DNA from: Candidatus Bathyarchaeia archaeon
Lineage (GTDB): Archaea > Thermoproteota > Bathyarchaeia > Bathyarchaeales > Bathycorpusculaceae
Length of the DNA stretch: 58,934 nucleotides
Reading direction: 5' to 3'
NCBI GenBank assembly: GCA_049970895.1
Contig: JBMFMB010000009.1
Location: forward strand, 1,010-59,943
In this document: positions 17,092 to 26,937 of the stretch, one piece after another
How positions within the stretch are numbered: position 1 is the first letter of the stretch
Layout: every line of letters starts with the position of its first letter
Notes under the pieces: model-generated
The model's database searches: none
The model's input: only the letters and a program-made list of their open reading frames with translations
Told to the model about the DNA's origin: nothing
Translations under genes and position numbers: made by a program

Positions 17092-17619
17092 ATGAGCACC
17101 GCATATGCACTGCCATTGACGCTTCGTAGAAGGCTAAAAAAGCCCCTCGGCGTGCTGATTAGAGGCTCCTTTGAAGAAACTGTCAAAAAGTTTAAGCAGA
17201 TTGCGGAAGTGGAAAAGCCGCCAAGCATAATTTCTGTCGGGGACACGGTCTCAAAGAACCTTGTGGAAAATGGAATTTATCCAAACCTCTTAATAGTTGA
17301 CAACAGAGTTATGCGCAAGAATATAACTCCAGTGCCACTTAACGCGGATGTGGAGAAGCACGTTAAAAACCCGTCAGGAACGATAACCTTTGAAGCCTTA
17401 AACGCCATTAAAGAGGCCTTAGAGGCTGGTCATAAGACGAAGATCGTTGTTGATGGGGAGGAGGATCTTTTGGCTTTATGTGCCATTTTGTATGCGCCTG
17501 AAAACTCCTTTGTGGTTTATGGTCAGCCCCGTGAGGGCATGGTGGTTGTTAAAGCCACAAAGCAGAAGAAGGAAGAGGTTGCCAGAATATTAAGGACTAT
17601 GGAGATTGCGAAAGGCTAA
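17092..17619 (+). CDS. GTP-dependent dephospho-CoA kinase (DUF359)
   Basis: SVGDTVS, VKNPSGTIT, VDGEEDLL, YGQPREG. Confidence 0.92.
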   Translation: MSTAYALPLTLRRRLKKPLGVLIRGSFEETVKKFKQIAEVEKPPSIISVGDTVSKNLVENGIYPNLLIVDNRVMRKNITPVPLNADVEKHVKNPSGTITFEALNAIKEALEAGHKTKIVVDGEEDLLALCAILYAPENSFVVYGQPREGMVVVKATKQKKEEVARILRTMEIAKG

Positions 17620-17664
17620 ATAAGGGAAAAATGGTATCAAGTCAGACACCACAAGGGAAACATC

Positions 17665-17976
17665 ATGGAAGTTAAAATATTGTCTGAAAACGAGAATCCG
17701 TTGCTGAAACGTAAAGAGGTTATTTTCCAAGTGGACCACAACCAGACTGGGAGCACCCCCCAAAGATTGGAAGCGAAAAATGGCATCGCAAAACTATTGA
17801 AAACTGACGCGAACCTTGTCTTCATTAAAAAGTTGGAGACTAAGACTGGCACACGAAAAGCCATAGGGTTGGCTAATGTTTACGACTCCATTGAACACGC
17901 AAAGCTTATTGAGCCCGAATACATTGTAAAGAGAAACATGCCACCCGAAAAACCAAAGGAAGAGGGAAAAGAGTAA
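17665..17976 (+). CDS. rps24e: 30S ribosomal protein S24e
   Basis: NPLLKRKEV, TPQR, IEPEYI. Confidence 0.95.
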   Translation: MEVKILSENENPLLKRKEVIFQVDHNQTGSTPQRLEAKNGIAKLLKTDANLVFIKKLETKTGTRKAIGLANVYDSIEHAKLIEPEYIVKRNMPPEKPKEEGKE

Positions 17977-18222
17977 ATGGCTGAAAAAACCGAAGAAGCC
18001 CCAGCAGAAGAGGCTGTACCAAAAGCGGCGCCAAAGAAAGGCAAGAGGGAGAAGAGAAAAAGGGAGGAGAAAGGCATCCACTCCATCTACAAAATTGAAG
18101 GGGAAAAAATTGTTAGGCTTCGCCCAACATGTGAACGCTGTGGACCAGGACATTTTATGGCTGACCATGGCGACAGATACGCTTGTGGACACTGTGGCTT
18201 CACGAGGTATAAACACACTTAA
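17977..18222 (+). CDS. rps27ae: 30S ribosomal protein S27ae
   Basis: CERCGPGHFMADHGDRYACGHCG. Confidence 0.95.
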   Translation: MAEKTEEAPAEEAVPKAAPKKGKREKRKREEKGIHSIYKIEGEKIVRLRPTCERCGPGHFMADHGDRYACGHCGFTRYKHT

Positions 18223-18256
18223 ATTGCACGAGCATCATAGTTTATGATGGTCTAGA

Positions 18257-18682
18257 ATGATTAGGGTGAATGTCCAAATAACAAACGTTTCTGGCGAACG
18301 TTTCTGGGACATAAAAAAACCTATGCCGCCAATTCAGATAAACACGAATCTTAACCTTGTTGAGGTTGAGAAAAAGTCAGATGACACCCTTGAGGTTCCC
18401 TTTGTTTTAACGGTTAACTACAATCCTTCAATAGCCCAAATAAGCCTAAAGGGAAGAGCCTATGTGGCTGGAAGCAAAGATGAAATAGCAAAGATTTATT
18501 CGGATTATAAGGATAAAAAGCCACCACCACCAGTTATTGTGCAGTCAATCTCGAACATTGTTTTCGTGGAAAGTGTAATCCTTTCCAGAACATTAAACAT
18601 TCCGCCGCCGATACCCCTGCCTCAGATCCCGCCAGCAAAAGAGGCTGAGAAAAAGCCCTCTGGTGTGGATTACACAGCTTAA
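18257..18682 (+). CDS. Conserved archaeal protein, probable SecB-like fold
   Basis: Four beta strands plus helices ending LNIPPPIPLPQI. Confidence 0.6.
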   Translation: MIRVNVQITNVSGERFWDIKKPMPPIQINTNLNLVEVEKKSDDTLEVPFVLTVNYNPSIAQISLKGRAYVAGSKDEIAKIYSDYKDKKPPPPVIVQSISNIVFVESVILSRTLNIPPPIPLPQIPPAKEAEKKPSGVDYTA

Positions 18683-18709
18683 TGGACGAGAAACAAGAGG
18701 AGAGGTCTT

Positions 18710-19114
18710 CTACTTTAGTGGAACATACATTGAAGAGCGAGAAGCGCCAATTCCTGGCGTTCCATGCTTAACCGGCTTGTTGGTTATTGCAAACTCGCCT
18801 AGGTAGTGCCCAATCATTTCCGGTTTTATGTCGACCGGAACGAATTCTTTGCCGTTGTGAACGTGGATTGTTAAGCCTACCATTTCTGGAAGGATTATCA
18901 TGTCTCGGCAGTGAGTCTTGATAGTTACATTTCCGCCTTTCCGCATGGTTTCCTTTGCCCTCCTAATGTTTTCCAGTAGGGTTCGCTGCTCTGGAGACAA
19001 TCCTCTATGAAGGCTTCTCCTTTGTCTTGATGGAAGGAGCATTATGAACTCGTCCATTGACATGCTTTGCAATTGTTTAAGCGTGTACCCGCGGTATGTG
19101 AATTCCCTCGGCAT
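18710..19114 (-). CDS. rps19: 30S ribosomal protein S19
   Basis: [23 protein letters not shown]. Confidence 0.98.
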   Translation of the reverse strand: MPREFTYRGYTLKQLQSMSMDEFIMLLPSRQRRSLHRGLSPEQRTLLENIRRAKETMRKGGNVTIKTHCRDMIILPEMVGLTIHVHNGKEFVPVDIKPEMIGHYLGEFAITNKPVKHGTPGIGASRSSMYVPLK

Positions 19115-19161
19115 GGCACATCACCATTTAAATTTTGAGCGTAGTGCTATAAACCTTCTGA

Positions 19162-19905
19162 TTACTCGCTTTCCTCCACCCTCTTCTTCTTGCGTCCCGT
19201 ACCCCTTGCAGCTATAAGACCAACCTTCTTCCCAGGCGGAGCGTTGCGTGAAACAGTTGTCACCTTACGGGCACTTCTCTTGCTGCTTCCATACGGGTGA
19301 ACCGCCGCAACCATGGCTCTTCCACGAGTTCTCGGATATTTTCTCCCCCTAGCACGCATAAGGTGGAATTTTGCTCCAGCTTTGAGGAACGGTTTTTCTG
19401 TTCTGCCAGCACCAGCAACAACGCCTATAGTGGCCCTGCAGTGATCGCTTATGTACTTGGTTTTGCCTGAAGGCAACTTTATTAGGGTTCCCTGCGCCGT
19501 GTGAGCCACTATGGTAGCGTAGGCGCCAGAAGACTTTGCAATTTTCCCGCCGTCTCCTGGTTTAAGCTCTATGTTGCAGATCATTGTGCCTTCCGGTATT
19601 TTCCCAACAGGTAGAATGTTTCCAACATCAACGCTTGCCTTTCCACCCATCTGTATTTGCTGCCCAGTGTAGATGCCTTCGGGAACAACTGTGTAGCATT
19701 CTTCTCCGTTTTCGAATCTTATTAGGGCTAGTGGAGCGCCTCTACCAGGGTCGTGGAGAATTTCCTCAACAATCCCCCTCGTGACAGTGTCAAAGAGTTC
19801 CTTTGTCGCTGGCGGGTAGCATGCTGGGGCTACCCTTTTATGGGTTGCAGCTCTGAAGGTTGGTCCGCCGCGCCCCCGCCTTTGAACACGAATCCTCTTT
19901 CCCAT
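19162..19905 (-). CDS. rpl2: 50S ribosomal protein L2
   Basis: MGKRIRVQRRGRG, HDPGRGAP, IELKPGDGGK. Confidence 0.98.
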   Translation of the reverse strand: MGKRIRVQRRGRGGPTFRAATHKRVAPACYPPATKELFDTVTRGIVEEILHDPGRGAPLALIRFENGEECYTVVPEGIYTGQQIQMGGKASVDVGNILPVGKIPEGTMICNIELKPGDGGKIAKSSGAYATIVAHTAQGTLIKLPSGKTKYISDHCRATIGVVAGAGRTEKPFLKAGAKFHLMRARGRKYPRTRGRAMVAAVHPYGSSKRSARKVTTVSRNAPPGKKVGLIAARGTGRKKKRVEESE

Positions 19906-19925
19906 AACATCTCACCATGCGAGTT

Positions 19926-20186
19926 TTACAGTATTCCAAGCTTTATGGCCACATCCGCCGCCTTATAATCTGGATGGAGCTTTACAAAGGCTTTCTTTAG
20001 ACCTTTAGGCGTTATGACAATGTTTACTTTTTCAACTTTAACTTCGTAGAGTTTCTCAACGGCCCTTTTCACGTCTTCCTTTGTGGCTTTAAGGTTTACT
20101 ATGAAAACCAGCTTGTTTTCCCTCTCAACCATTAGGCTGGCAGACTCAGTCATTAATGGGTAAAGTATAACATCGTATGGGTCCAT
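19926..20186 (-). CDS. rpl23: 50S ribosomal protein L23
   Basis: TES...ENKLVFIV...KKAFVKL. Confidence 0.97.
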   Translation of the reverse strand: MDPYDVILYPLMTESASLMVERENKLVFIVNLKATKEDVKRAVEKLYEVKVEKVNIVITPKGLKKAFVKLHPDYKAADVAIKLGIL

Positions 20187-20974
20187 TAGGCTTCCTCACC
20201 TCTGCAATAAAGCCTATCAAGGGTTTCTATGGCGCTTGCCGTCCAGATTGTCAGCCTCCCCGGATGGGTGCCAGGCGCTAGAACTTCAGCGTTTAAACTT
20301 TTAACTGGAACGACATCCACACCTGGTATGTTTCTTGCAGCTTCGCCTAAGCCTTTGTCTTCAGCCACAACTATTAATGGCCCAACAGCATGCCTTATTC
20401 TTCGTCCCCGCATTTTTCCCTTTCCAGCCCTAACTTTTATGCTTTCTCTAACTCTGTATAGGTCTGCCAGAACCCCGAGTTTTATAAGGGCTTCTTCAAC
20501 ATCCCTCGTCTTCTTCAAGCTTTCAAGCTCATCGGTGACAACCAACGGAATTTGTGGTATTCCTTCCACCGCATGTCCCCTGGAAACCACCATCTCCTTT
20601 GAGGCCGTGGCAGCTATGGCTGAGAAAAGCGCCAAACGCTTCTCCTTCTTTGGAATCCTCTTAACAATTTTCTTTTCTGGGGTTGGTGGATGAGCAAGCC
20701 TACCGCCCACTGTTCCGGGCGCAAAGGCTCCTCTTCCAACGGGTCCTTTGATTCTCGGTATTCTAGCTATGCCTAAACCCACACCTCTGGACTCTGCTGA
20801 TGTTCTTTTCCCAGCCATGGGGTCTCTGCCTTGAGGCTGAAAACGTGTTGATTGTATGGCTAGGACTGCGCGTTTTATGACGTCTGGTCTTATGGGCGTT
20901 TCAAAGATTGGCGGCAACTTTATTTTTCCAACGGGTTTTCCGTTAAGATCGAAGACTTTCACAGTTTTAGCCAT
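20186..20974 (-). CDS. rpl4: 50S ribosomal protein L4
   Basis: RPDVIKRAV, TSAES.G.G, RAGKGKMRGRR, LAPGTHPGRL. Confidence 0.98.
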   Translation of the reverse strand: MAKTVKVFDLNGKPVGKIKLPPIFETPIRPDVIKRAVLAIQSTRFQPQGRDPMAGKRTSAESRGVGLGIARIPRIKGPVGRGAFAPGTVGGRLAHPPTPEKKIVKRIPKKEKRLALFSAIAATASKEMVVSRGHAVEGIPQIPLVVTDELESLKKTRDVEEALIKLGVLADLYRVRESIKVRAGKGKMRGRRIRHAVGPLIVVAEDKGLGEAARNIPGVDVVPVKSLNAEVLAPGTHPGRLTIWTASAIETLDRLYCRGEEA

Positions 20975-20990
20975 AGCACTTCACCATTTC

Positions 20991-22004
20991 CTACTTGCCT
21001 TGCGGAGACTCTAGGGACAAGTACGTTATTTGTGGGGGTTCTTCTGGAGCTTCTTTTGGCGGTCTTGCTGGATAACGCAGTTTTATTGGGCGTTTTTCTG
21101 GTCCGGGTATGCTTCCCTCTATGAGGATATAGGGTCCTCGGACAATACCATATCGTATGAAGCCGCCTTTCGGTGTTACTTCTTTGCCATCTTTGCCTAT
21201 CTTCAAAATTCGTTTGTTATATTCTGTTCTCTGGTGGAAGCCCATCTGCCCAGCCCGTGGAACGGTGTATAATACGCGGTGGGGGTTCCAAGGTCCAAGG
21301 GTGGCAACTCCCCGCTTTGTCTTTCTGCCTTTGTGCTGAAGGATGGCTACCCCCCAGCGCTTCACTGGTCCCTGGAAGCCCTTGCCAGTTGTGACTGCTA
21401 TCACATCCACGTGCTGTCCTTCCTTGAAAACGTCTGAGGAGTTCACAGTTTTCCCCAAGAGGCTTTTTGCATACTCGAATTGTTGCTGTATTGTTCCTCC
21501 ACCGATTTCTATTTCAGCTACGTCTGGCTTTTTCTTTGGCACGCTTGCCTGTTTGGGCTGGGTTATGGCTATAACGCGGATGTTTGAGATTTTGTCCAAA
21601 TTAGCCTCAATCTTCTTCAGATTCTCCTCGGTGTTAAACTTCTCTGGGAGGGTCAAAACCTTATCAAGCCCTTCCGGAGGTTTTTCCATCCAAGCTTCAC
21701 AAAAAGTTTGAAGCCCATAAGGCGTCTTCCTATAAGCCCTTATGGCACATATGAGAAGAGGTGGGGTTTCCAAAACTGTGACTGGGCGGATTACCTCTTT
21801 CCCAAAGTTTGGGGAACGCTTTCGGTCTTCAACAACCATGGCGTAGGTCATTCCCGCCTTATAACCAACAAAACCGAGAAGTCGCGGCGTTTCAGCCTCT
21901 ATTTTGGGCCAGTAGCGGATTCTGGCCAATATACGTTTAGCACGTTTCCTAGGCAAATAGGCGAGCGAACCGCGTTTTGGAGCGTGTTGTTTCCTGTGAC
22001 CCAT
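20991..22004 (-). CDS. rpl3: 50S ribosomal protein L3
   Basis: PKRGSLAYLPRKRA, GYKAGMT, GKGFQGPVKRWG, GQMGFHQRTEYNK. Confidence 0.98.
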   Translation of the reverse strand: MGHRKQHAPKRGSLAYLPRKRAKRILARIRYWPKIEAETPRLLGFVGYKAGMTYAMVVEDRKRSPNFGKEVIRPVTVLETPPLLICAIRAYRKTPYGLQTFCEAWMEKPPEGLDKVLTLPEKFNTEENLKKIEANLDKISNIRVIAITQPKQASVPKKKPDVAEIEIGGGTIQQQFEYAKSLLGKTVNSSDVFKEGQHVDVIAVTTGKGFQGPVKRWGVAILQHKGRKTKRGVATLGPWNPHRVLYTVPRAGQMGFHQRTEYNKRILKIGKDGKEVTPKGGFIRYGIVRGPYILIEGSIPGPEKRPIKLRYPARPPKEAPEEPPQITYLSLESPQGK

Positions 22005-22143
22005 TGTTTCTCCGCTTCGCGTCTTCTAGGAATGAGACATTTAAGTTATAAACGTTACCATTCCAGCAACACTATAAAGGATTTACTCGCAATGTCAATT
22101 TTAGGCTAGTGACTTTTGCTAAATTGGATACCCCTCTGGAATT

Positions 22144-22695
22144 TTAGGCATACCACCTGCCAATAATAGCCTCCAATATTTTGTGGGCTGCCTCCTCCGG
22201 TGTGCACTCAGCAGTATTAATGGTTACCTCTGGGTTCAATGGCGGTTCGTAGGGTTGCCCAACACCGGGGACTGTCGGCGCCTCGCCTTTCAAAGCTCTT
22301 TCATAGATTTGTCGCGGAGCTTGGCGAGTTTCAGCCCTTTTAGACTCCCGTTCAATACAGACTTCTAGGGAGCATTCAAGGTAGGCTTCTATAAACTTTT
22401 GAATCTGGTTTCTGGCATTTTCCCTATAACACCTCAAATTGCCAGTGGCGTCAATAACCACGTTCACGCCGTTTTGGGTTAGAAGCTTGGCAATGTAGAC
22501 GAGGGTTGCGTAAACAATGTCGCGTTCTTCAAGCGAGTAAGTGGGCTTCGGAGTCAAAACCTTGCGCAAAGCGTCAGAAGATAAGAGTTGGGCGCGTATG
22601 CCTCTCTGAAGCAAAAACTTGATTAGGGTTTCAGCTACAACGGATTTGCCACTTCCAGGTAAACCAGTAATCCAGACACACCAGCCCTCGCCCAT
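22144..22695 (-). CDS. Adenylyl-sulfate kinase-like P-loop kinase
   Basis: WITGLPGSGKS, VPGVGQPYEPPLNPE. Confidence 0.85.
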   Translation of the reverse strand: MGEGWCVWITGLPGSGKSVVAETLIKFLLQRGIRAQLLSSDALRKVLTPKPTYSLEERDIVYATLVYIAKLLTQNGVNVVIDATGNLRCYRENARNQIQKFIEAYLECSLEVCIERESKRAETRQAPRQIYERALKGEAPTVPGVGQPYEPPLNPEVTINTAECTPEEAAHKILEAIIGRWYA

Positions 22696-22777
22696 TTATG
22701 GTACGCTCTTAAAGCATGTTTCTGTTTAATGCTCGAAATACATTTTATTTTCCACAACATTTATTTTAGTTGCTGTT

Positions 22778-23581
22778 TTGCACTGTTTGAAAGGTGGAAC
22801 GCTTATGCTAATTGTTCAGATTTCAGATGTTCACTGTGGACCGATGTTTAATTATGGGATTTTCCGTACAGCCATGGATGAGATTAACGCCCTGTCGCCC
22901 GACGCTGTAGTGATAACTGGCGACATAACTGAGAATGGCATACTGTCAGAGTTTAAGATGGCTGCAGACGAGTTTAAGCGTTTGAAAACCAGAAACGTCA
23001 TCTACATAAGCGGAAACCATGATTATCGTTCAACTGGCTATTTGCTCTTCAAACAGTTTTTTCCATTCAACCAAGTGACAGAGGTTGACGATGCTGTAAT
23101 AATAGTGCTGAGCAGCGCCCGCCCAGACAGGGACGACGGCGAAGTTGGGCATAGGCAAAACCTCTGGCTGGAAAACACATTAGAAAACTACAAGGACCGC
23201 GTTAAAATTGTGGCTATACACCACCACATCATACCAGTTCCAGACACGGGCGCAGACCAAATCATAATAGTTGATGCTGGCGACGTCCTAAGAAGCCTAA
23301 TAAAAGGTGGTGCAGATTTGGTGCTTTGCGGACACCGCCACAGACCATGGAGATGGCGAATAGAAAACATGCAGGTGGTTCATGCTGGAAGCATCTCATG
23401 CGAAAGGCTGAGGGGTTTCTTCCTCAACTCCTACAACGTCATAGAAGTGAAAAACAAGAAAGTTGAGGCTAAACTGAAAATTGTCGGCGGAGACTACATG
23501 AGCTTCGAAGAAGTTGTCAAGAGAAGGGAAATCCTCCAAACATCAGACGTCTCCCAATACAGCGATTCACTGGCAAGATAG
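22778..23581 (+). CDS. Calcineurin-like metallophosphoesterase
   Basis: ISDVH, TGD, GNHD, HHH, CGHRH; start probably 22805. Confidence 0.92.
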   Translation: MHCLKGGTLMLIVQISDVHCGPMFNYGIFRTAMDEINALSPDAVVITGDITENGILSEFKMAADEFKRLKTRNVIYISGNHDYRSTGYLLFKQFFPFNQVTEVDDAVIIVLSSARPDRDDGEVGHRQNLWLENTLENYKDRVKIVAIHHHIIPVPDTGADQIIIVDAGDVLRSLIKGGADLVLCGHRHRPWRWRIENMQVVHAGSISCERLRGFFLNSYNVIEVKNKKVEAKLKIVGGDYMSFEEVVKRREILQTSDVSQYSDSLAR

Positions 23582-23992
23582 TGGTAGGATAAAGGGCTTA
23601 AAACCCAATTTTAGACACGCAGCCTCCAAGTCACGGAGATTGTTAAAAAGGAAAAGGTGGCTTCTACACTTACAGTCGGAACAGCCGAACCCCTCAACTG
23701 GAAAGCCAAGGGTGCTTAGGCTTTGGGCTGTTTTACACTCTTCCGCCTTTTCAGCCTTCTTATAAAAAGCCTCTACAACGCTTACAGAGTCCATGGCAAG
23801 CAAGTGGTCTATATGCCAAAAACGCCTTTTACCCGTCTTCCTAAAATGCCTCATCAAACGCTTTTCAAGGAATTTCTGAGCAGAACCCACATAAGCATAA
23901 AAACCAGTTTCCAAGGAAAACTCTTTTCGTGCACAAACCTTAACGTTTAGGCTTTTGTTGACAGATATTACCAGAACGTAAACTCCCTTCAA
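23567..23992 (-). CDS. DUF123 GIY-YIG (Uri) superfamily protein
   Basis: KGVYVL, YAYVGSA, WHIDHL, FGCSDCKCRSHL. Confidence 0.88.
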   Translation of the reverse strand: MKGVYVLVISVNKSLNVKVCARKEFSLETGFYAYVGSAQKFLEKRLMRHFRKTGKRRFWHIDHLLAMDSVSVVEAFYKKAEKAEECKTAQSLSTLGFPVEGFGCSDCKCRSHLFLFNNLRDLEAACLKLGFKPFILPLSCQ

Positions 23993-24128
23993 GGCGCCCT
24001 TCCGCCTTCAAGCCTCCATTTTTATACCATTTCAAAATTTCTTCAACAGCCCTTTCGGAATAACCCATTTGCTTAAGCATTACCCGCAATTCTGACTTTG
24101 AATTTTCGTTCAACCATATGCACCGCAT
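23940..24128 (-). CDS. Small hypothetical protein
   Basis: LKQMGYSERAVEEILKWY helical motif. Confidence 0.4.
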   Translation of the reverse strand: MRCIWLNENSKSELRVMLKQMGYSERAVEEILKWYKNGGLKAEGRLEGSLRSGNICQQKPKR

Positions 24129-24175
24129 TTAATGCAATTTTAAAGTTCAAGAGGATATTTAGCTTTTTAGACTGC

Positions 24176-25312
24176 TTAACCGGGTCGAAGATAAGAGTTT
24201 ACAGCGTCCAAGTCAAATTTCTCATACTGCATCACGTTGTGCACAAAGTTTAGCAGTTTCCTTCGAACATCGAGGCTTAGGTCTGGGTACCATATTGGCG
24301 AAGCCACAACTAAGCCACGCCAAGCATAGAAGGGCTGGACAACCTCCAAAATCTCCCAGTCCTCAGTCTTCCGTAGATAATTTTCCCAGAAAAGCCTAAA
24401 TAACCGGTCAAAAACGCCGGCAAGTTCGCCGTATTTCTGCAGTGAGTAGAATATGTAGTTTATTGTCATGGCTGTGACATCGTCTGCTGGTTCACCCCAC
24501 TCGCCTCTGCTGCGGTCTAGAACTGTGAAGTCTGTGCCTTCCCTGAACATTATGTTCCATGGGTGAAAGTCGCCGTGAACTTGGCTGAGTCGATGGGCTT
24601 TCCTTTTTAGACGCCAACGCCAAACAACACAATCCCTTTCAATGTCGATTAGCTCGTTTTCCTGAACAAAGTCAAGTTGCGGCGGGTAACTATCAAGCAA
24701 CCCCATTATACACTCGCCATGCCCAATAAGCTCCCGCGCCCGCCTAACATAAAGCCAAGGAGCATCACGCTTCACGCTGTGAATATTCGCCAAGTAGTCT
24801 GAAAGTGCCAAACAACGTTTCTCGTCTAAATCGGTCATTTCGCCCTTCGCCTTTATGCGGTCCAGGTCAAAATGGTAGAGGGTGCCATCAACATACTCGG
24901 TTAGAAGGAAAAACTCGCCGCACTTCCCGAGAGATTTCATCTCTTTGCCGTTAACAGTGAAGGCGCCAACATCAATCGACTTCACATGCTTTGGAAGTTT
25001 GTTAAAAGCGGAGTGTTGCCAGAGGAGGATTCCGGCTCGGTCTGATGGAAAATCGTGCCCGAAACCCTCTGGACGCATTGTTTCCAAAACAACACGCCGA
25101 GTTTCACCTCTAACTTTGAATTCGATGACGTATGGCACGCCGTAGCCAAACCCTTTTAAGTCTTTGACGCCCTTGTCTTGTTCTTCGCCAAGCCTCCAAA
25201 CACCACAAACCTCAACTTCAGAACTATACAAGCCCGAAAGGTACTCAAGCAACGCTTCCACAGAAAAATCAATGCGAGCAGTACCACCGTGTTCTCCTTC
25301 AGTCATATCCAC
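24176..25312 (-). CDS. APH/choline kinase-like phosphotransferase
   Basis: HGDFHPWNI, VLDRSRGEWGEPADD. Confidence 0.88.
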   Translation of the reverse strand: MDMTEGEHGGTARIDFSVEALLEYLSGLYSSEVEVCGVWRLGEEQDKGVKDLKGFGYGVPYVIEFKVRGETRRVVLETMRPEGFGHDFPSDRAGILLWQHSAFNKLPKHVKSIDVGAFTVNGKEMKSLGKCGEFFLLTEYVDGTLYHFDLDRIKAKGEMTDLDEKRCLALSDYLANIHSVKRDAPWLYVRRARELIGHGECIMGLLDSYPPQLDFVQENELIDIERDCVVWRWRLKRKAHRLSQVHGDFHPWNIMFREGTDFTVLDRSRGEWGEPADDVTAMTINYIFYSLQKYGELAGVFDRLFRLFWENYLRKTEDWEILEVVQPFYAWRGLVVASPIWYPDLSLDVRRKLLNFVHNVMQYEKFDLDAVNSYLRPG

Positions 25313-25390
25313 ACCAGAACAAACATACAGTGGAAGACGTACTTAATATAAATTGAGGAGCCCCCTATAGAAGACTCTAAGGGTTCAAAA

Positions 25391-25783
25391 TTGGAAAGAC
25401 ATGACCGGCTATTTTCCTTCACAAAACCTTACAGAAGCCTAACAGAAGTGCTGACAGACCACAAGTTGGCTGCTTTAGGTGATGCTTACATAAACTTCGC
25501 CTATTCATTGGCACTTTCCATAAAAAAGGGTCAACCCCATGGAGCAAAAGTTAAAGGCGCAGTGCTGGCGGAAGCCTTCAGAAAAGCTGGTTTAAGAGAG
25601 TACATGCCATCAAGAATTTCAAGCCACATGTTGGCTGACGCCGCCGAAGCCCTAATAGTTTACGCTTGGCTTTGTGGATACATGCCTCTAGACGAATGCG
25701 TGAAAATACTGCGCAATGCAGAGGATTCCGTTGAAGGTTTCACCCAGCTATTATCGACAATAAGGGATAGAATCACTTTTTGA
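25391..25783 (+). CDS. Archaeal RNase III-like (Mini-III-type) protein
   Basis: LAALGDAYINF...ADAAEALIVYAWL. Confidence 0.8.
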   Translation: MERHDRLFSFTKPYRSLTEVLTDHKLAALGDAYINFAYSLALSIKKGQPHGAKVKGAVLAEAFRKAGLREYMPSRISSHMLADAAEALIVYAWLCGYMPLDECVKILRNAEDSVEGFTQLLSTIRDRITF

Positions 25784-26057
25784 GGGCTTTTTGAAGGGCT
25801 TTTCCAAACTCCTCGTTCATTTCCATGGCTTTTTCCAAGGCTCTAAGCAAGGCTTCTTCTGGTTTTACCTTGCCTTTTGTCCGCACATAGATTACAGGTA
25901 CGGGTGTCAGTGGATGCGGAATGTCATAGCCAGCCAGCTCCACATTTTCATCTTCAAGAAGCCTCTTCTGTAAGAGGTTGCAGATGGTATGTCCAACCCC
26001 CTCAACCTCAATTTTAAGCTCGTTTTCCGTTTTCTTCAAAATAGTAACTTTCATCAT
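25773..26057 (-). CDS. rpoL: RNA polymerase subunit L (Rpo11)
   Basis: GHTICNLL, AGYDIPHPL. Confidence 0.95.
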   Translation of the reverse strand: MMKVTILKKTENELKIEVEGVGHTICNLLQKRLLEDENVELAGYDIPHPLTPVPVIYVRTKGKVKPEEALLRALEKAMEMNEEFGKALQKALKK

Positions 26058-26070
26058 GCTTCACCCAGTT

Positions 26071-26664
26071 TCAGATTATTCCTCTCCCATAGTCTATGGC
26101 TGTTTTGCGCTTTTCAATTTTCCCACATCTTGGGCATTGCAAGCCTCCACGACCCTTCAGCTCCAGCACCTCGCCACATTGGGAGCAGAACGCGTAGATA
26201 ACGCCTAAGCTTTTATCCTTTGTTGTCAAGTGGTAAGCCCTATTCTTCTCGCTTATTACTTTCGCGCGCAGTATGTCGCCAGGCTTGCAGACGTCGAACA
26301 TGGACTCGACAAACCTTAAGTGCACATCGGAAACGTGGAGTATTCCTGTGAAAAATCCTGATAGAAGTCTTTTTCCAATTTTAAATATGCGAGCCGTCGC
26401 CATTTGAGTCTGAACGTTTGAAACTTGCCCTATAACAATACTTCCAACATTTGGAACTCTGGCTCCATGAACAAGGGGAAAGACTGAAACCCGCTTGTTT
26501 AGAAGGTCTAGGAGAGAACGCCCTACAACTTTGGAGTATATCACCCCATCCTTAACGTATGTGCCAGTGTCTGGAACAAACTCTTCAATAACGCCTAGGG
26601 GTTCTCCGGGCAGAACCAGTTGCCCGCTGTCCCGTTTTGATGGTTGGAAACTCATTTTCAGCAT
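26071..26664 (-). CDS. csl4: Exosome RNA-binding protein Csl4
   Basis: VLPGEPLGVIEEF, S1 domain, LGVIYAFCSQCG...CPRCG..EKRK. Confidence 0.95.
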   Translation of the reverse strand: MLKMSFQPSKRDSGQLVLPGEPLGVIEEFVPDTGTYVKDGVIYSKVVGRSLLDLLNKRVSVFPLVHGARVPNVGSIVIGQVSNVQTQMATARIFKIGKRLLSGFFTGILHVSDVHLRFVESMFDVCKPGDILRAKVISEKNRAYHLTTKDKSLGVIYAFCSQCGEVLELKGRGGLQCPRCGKIEKRKTAIDYGRGII

Positions 26665-26700
26665 CCCAGTTACAAGGTTATTAGAATACTCTAGAACGGC

Positions 26701-26928
26701 TCAATAAACCTTTCCCAGCTCGCTGTGGGCTTGTAACACTTTGGCAATGTACCGTGGGTGCAGCCTCTCGTGGTCTACAAGCCTTCTTAAAACTTTTCTG
26801 GCAGTCCAAAGATTCGCCAGAGCACTTTCTGGAGAGCGAACCAAAAAACCAGCATCCTGGGCATTCTGTAACAAGGCCGTCTGTTCTTGCAAGCCAACTT
26901 CGAGGCAATCTGCTATCTTCCTTGTCAT
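26701..26928 (-). CDS. Hypothetical protein
   Basis: 75-aa ORF filling the gap between dph2 and csl4 without overlap. Confidence 0.45.
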   Translation of the reverse strand: MTRKIADCLEVGLQEQTALLQNAQDAGFLVRSPESALANLWTARKVLRRLVDHERLHPRYIAKVLQAHSELGKVY

Positions 26929-26937
26929 ACGTTTTGT

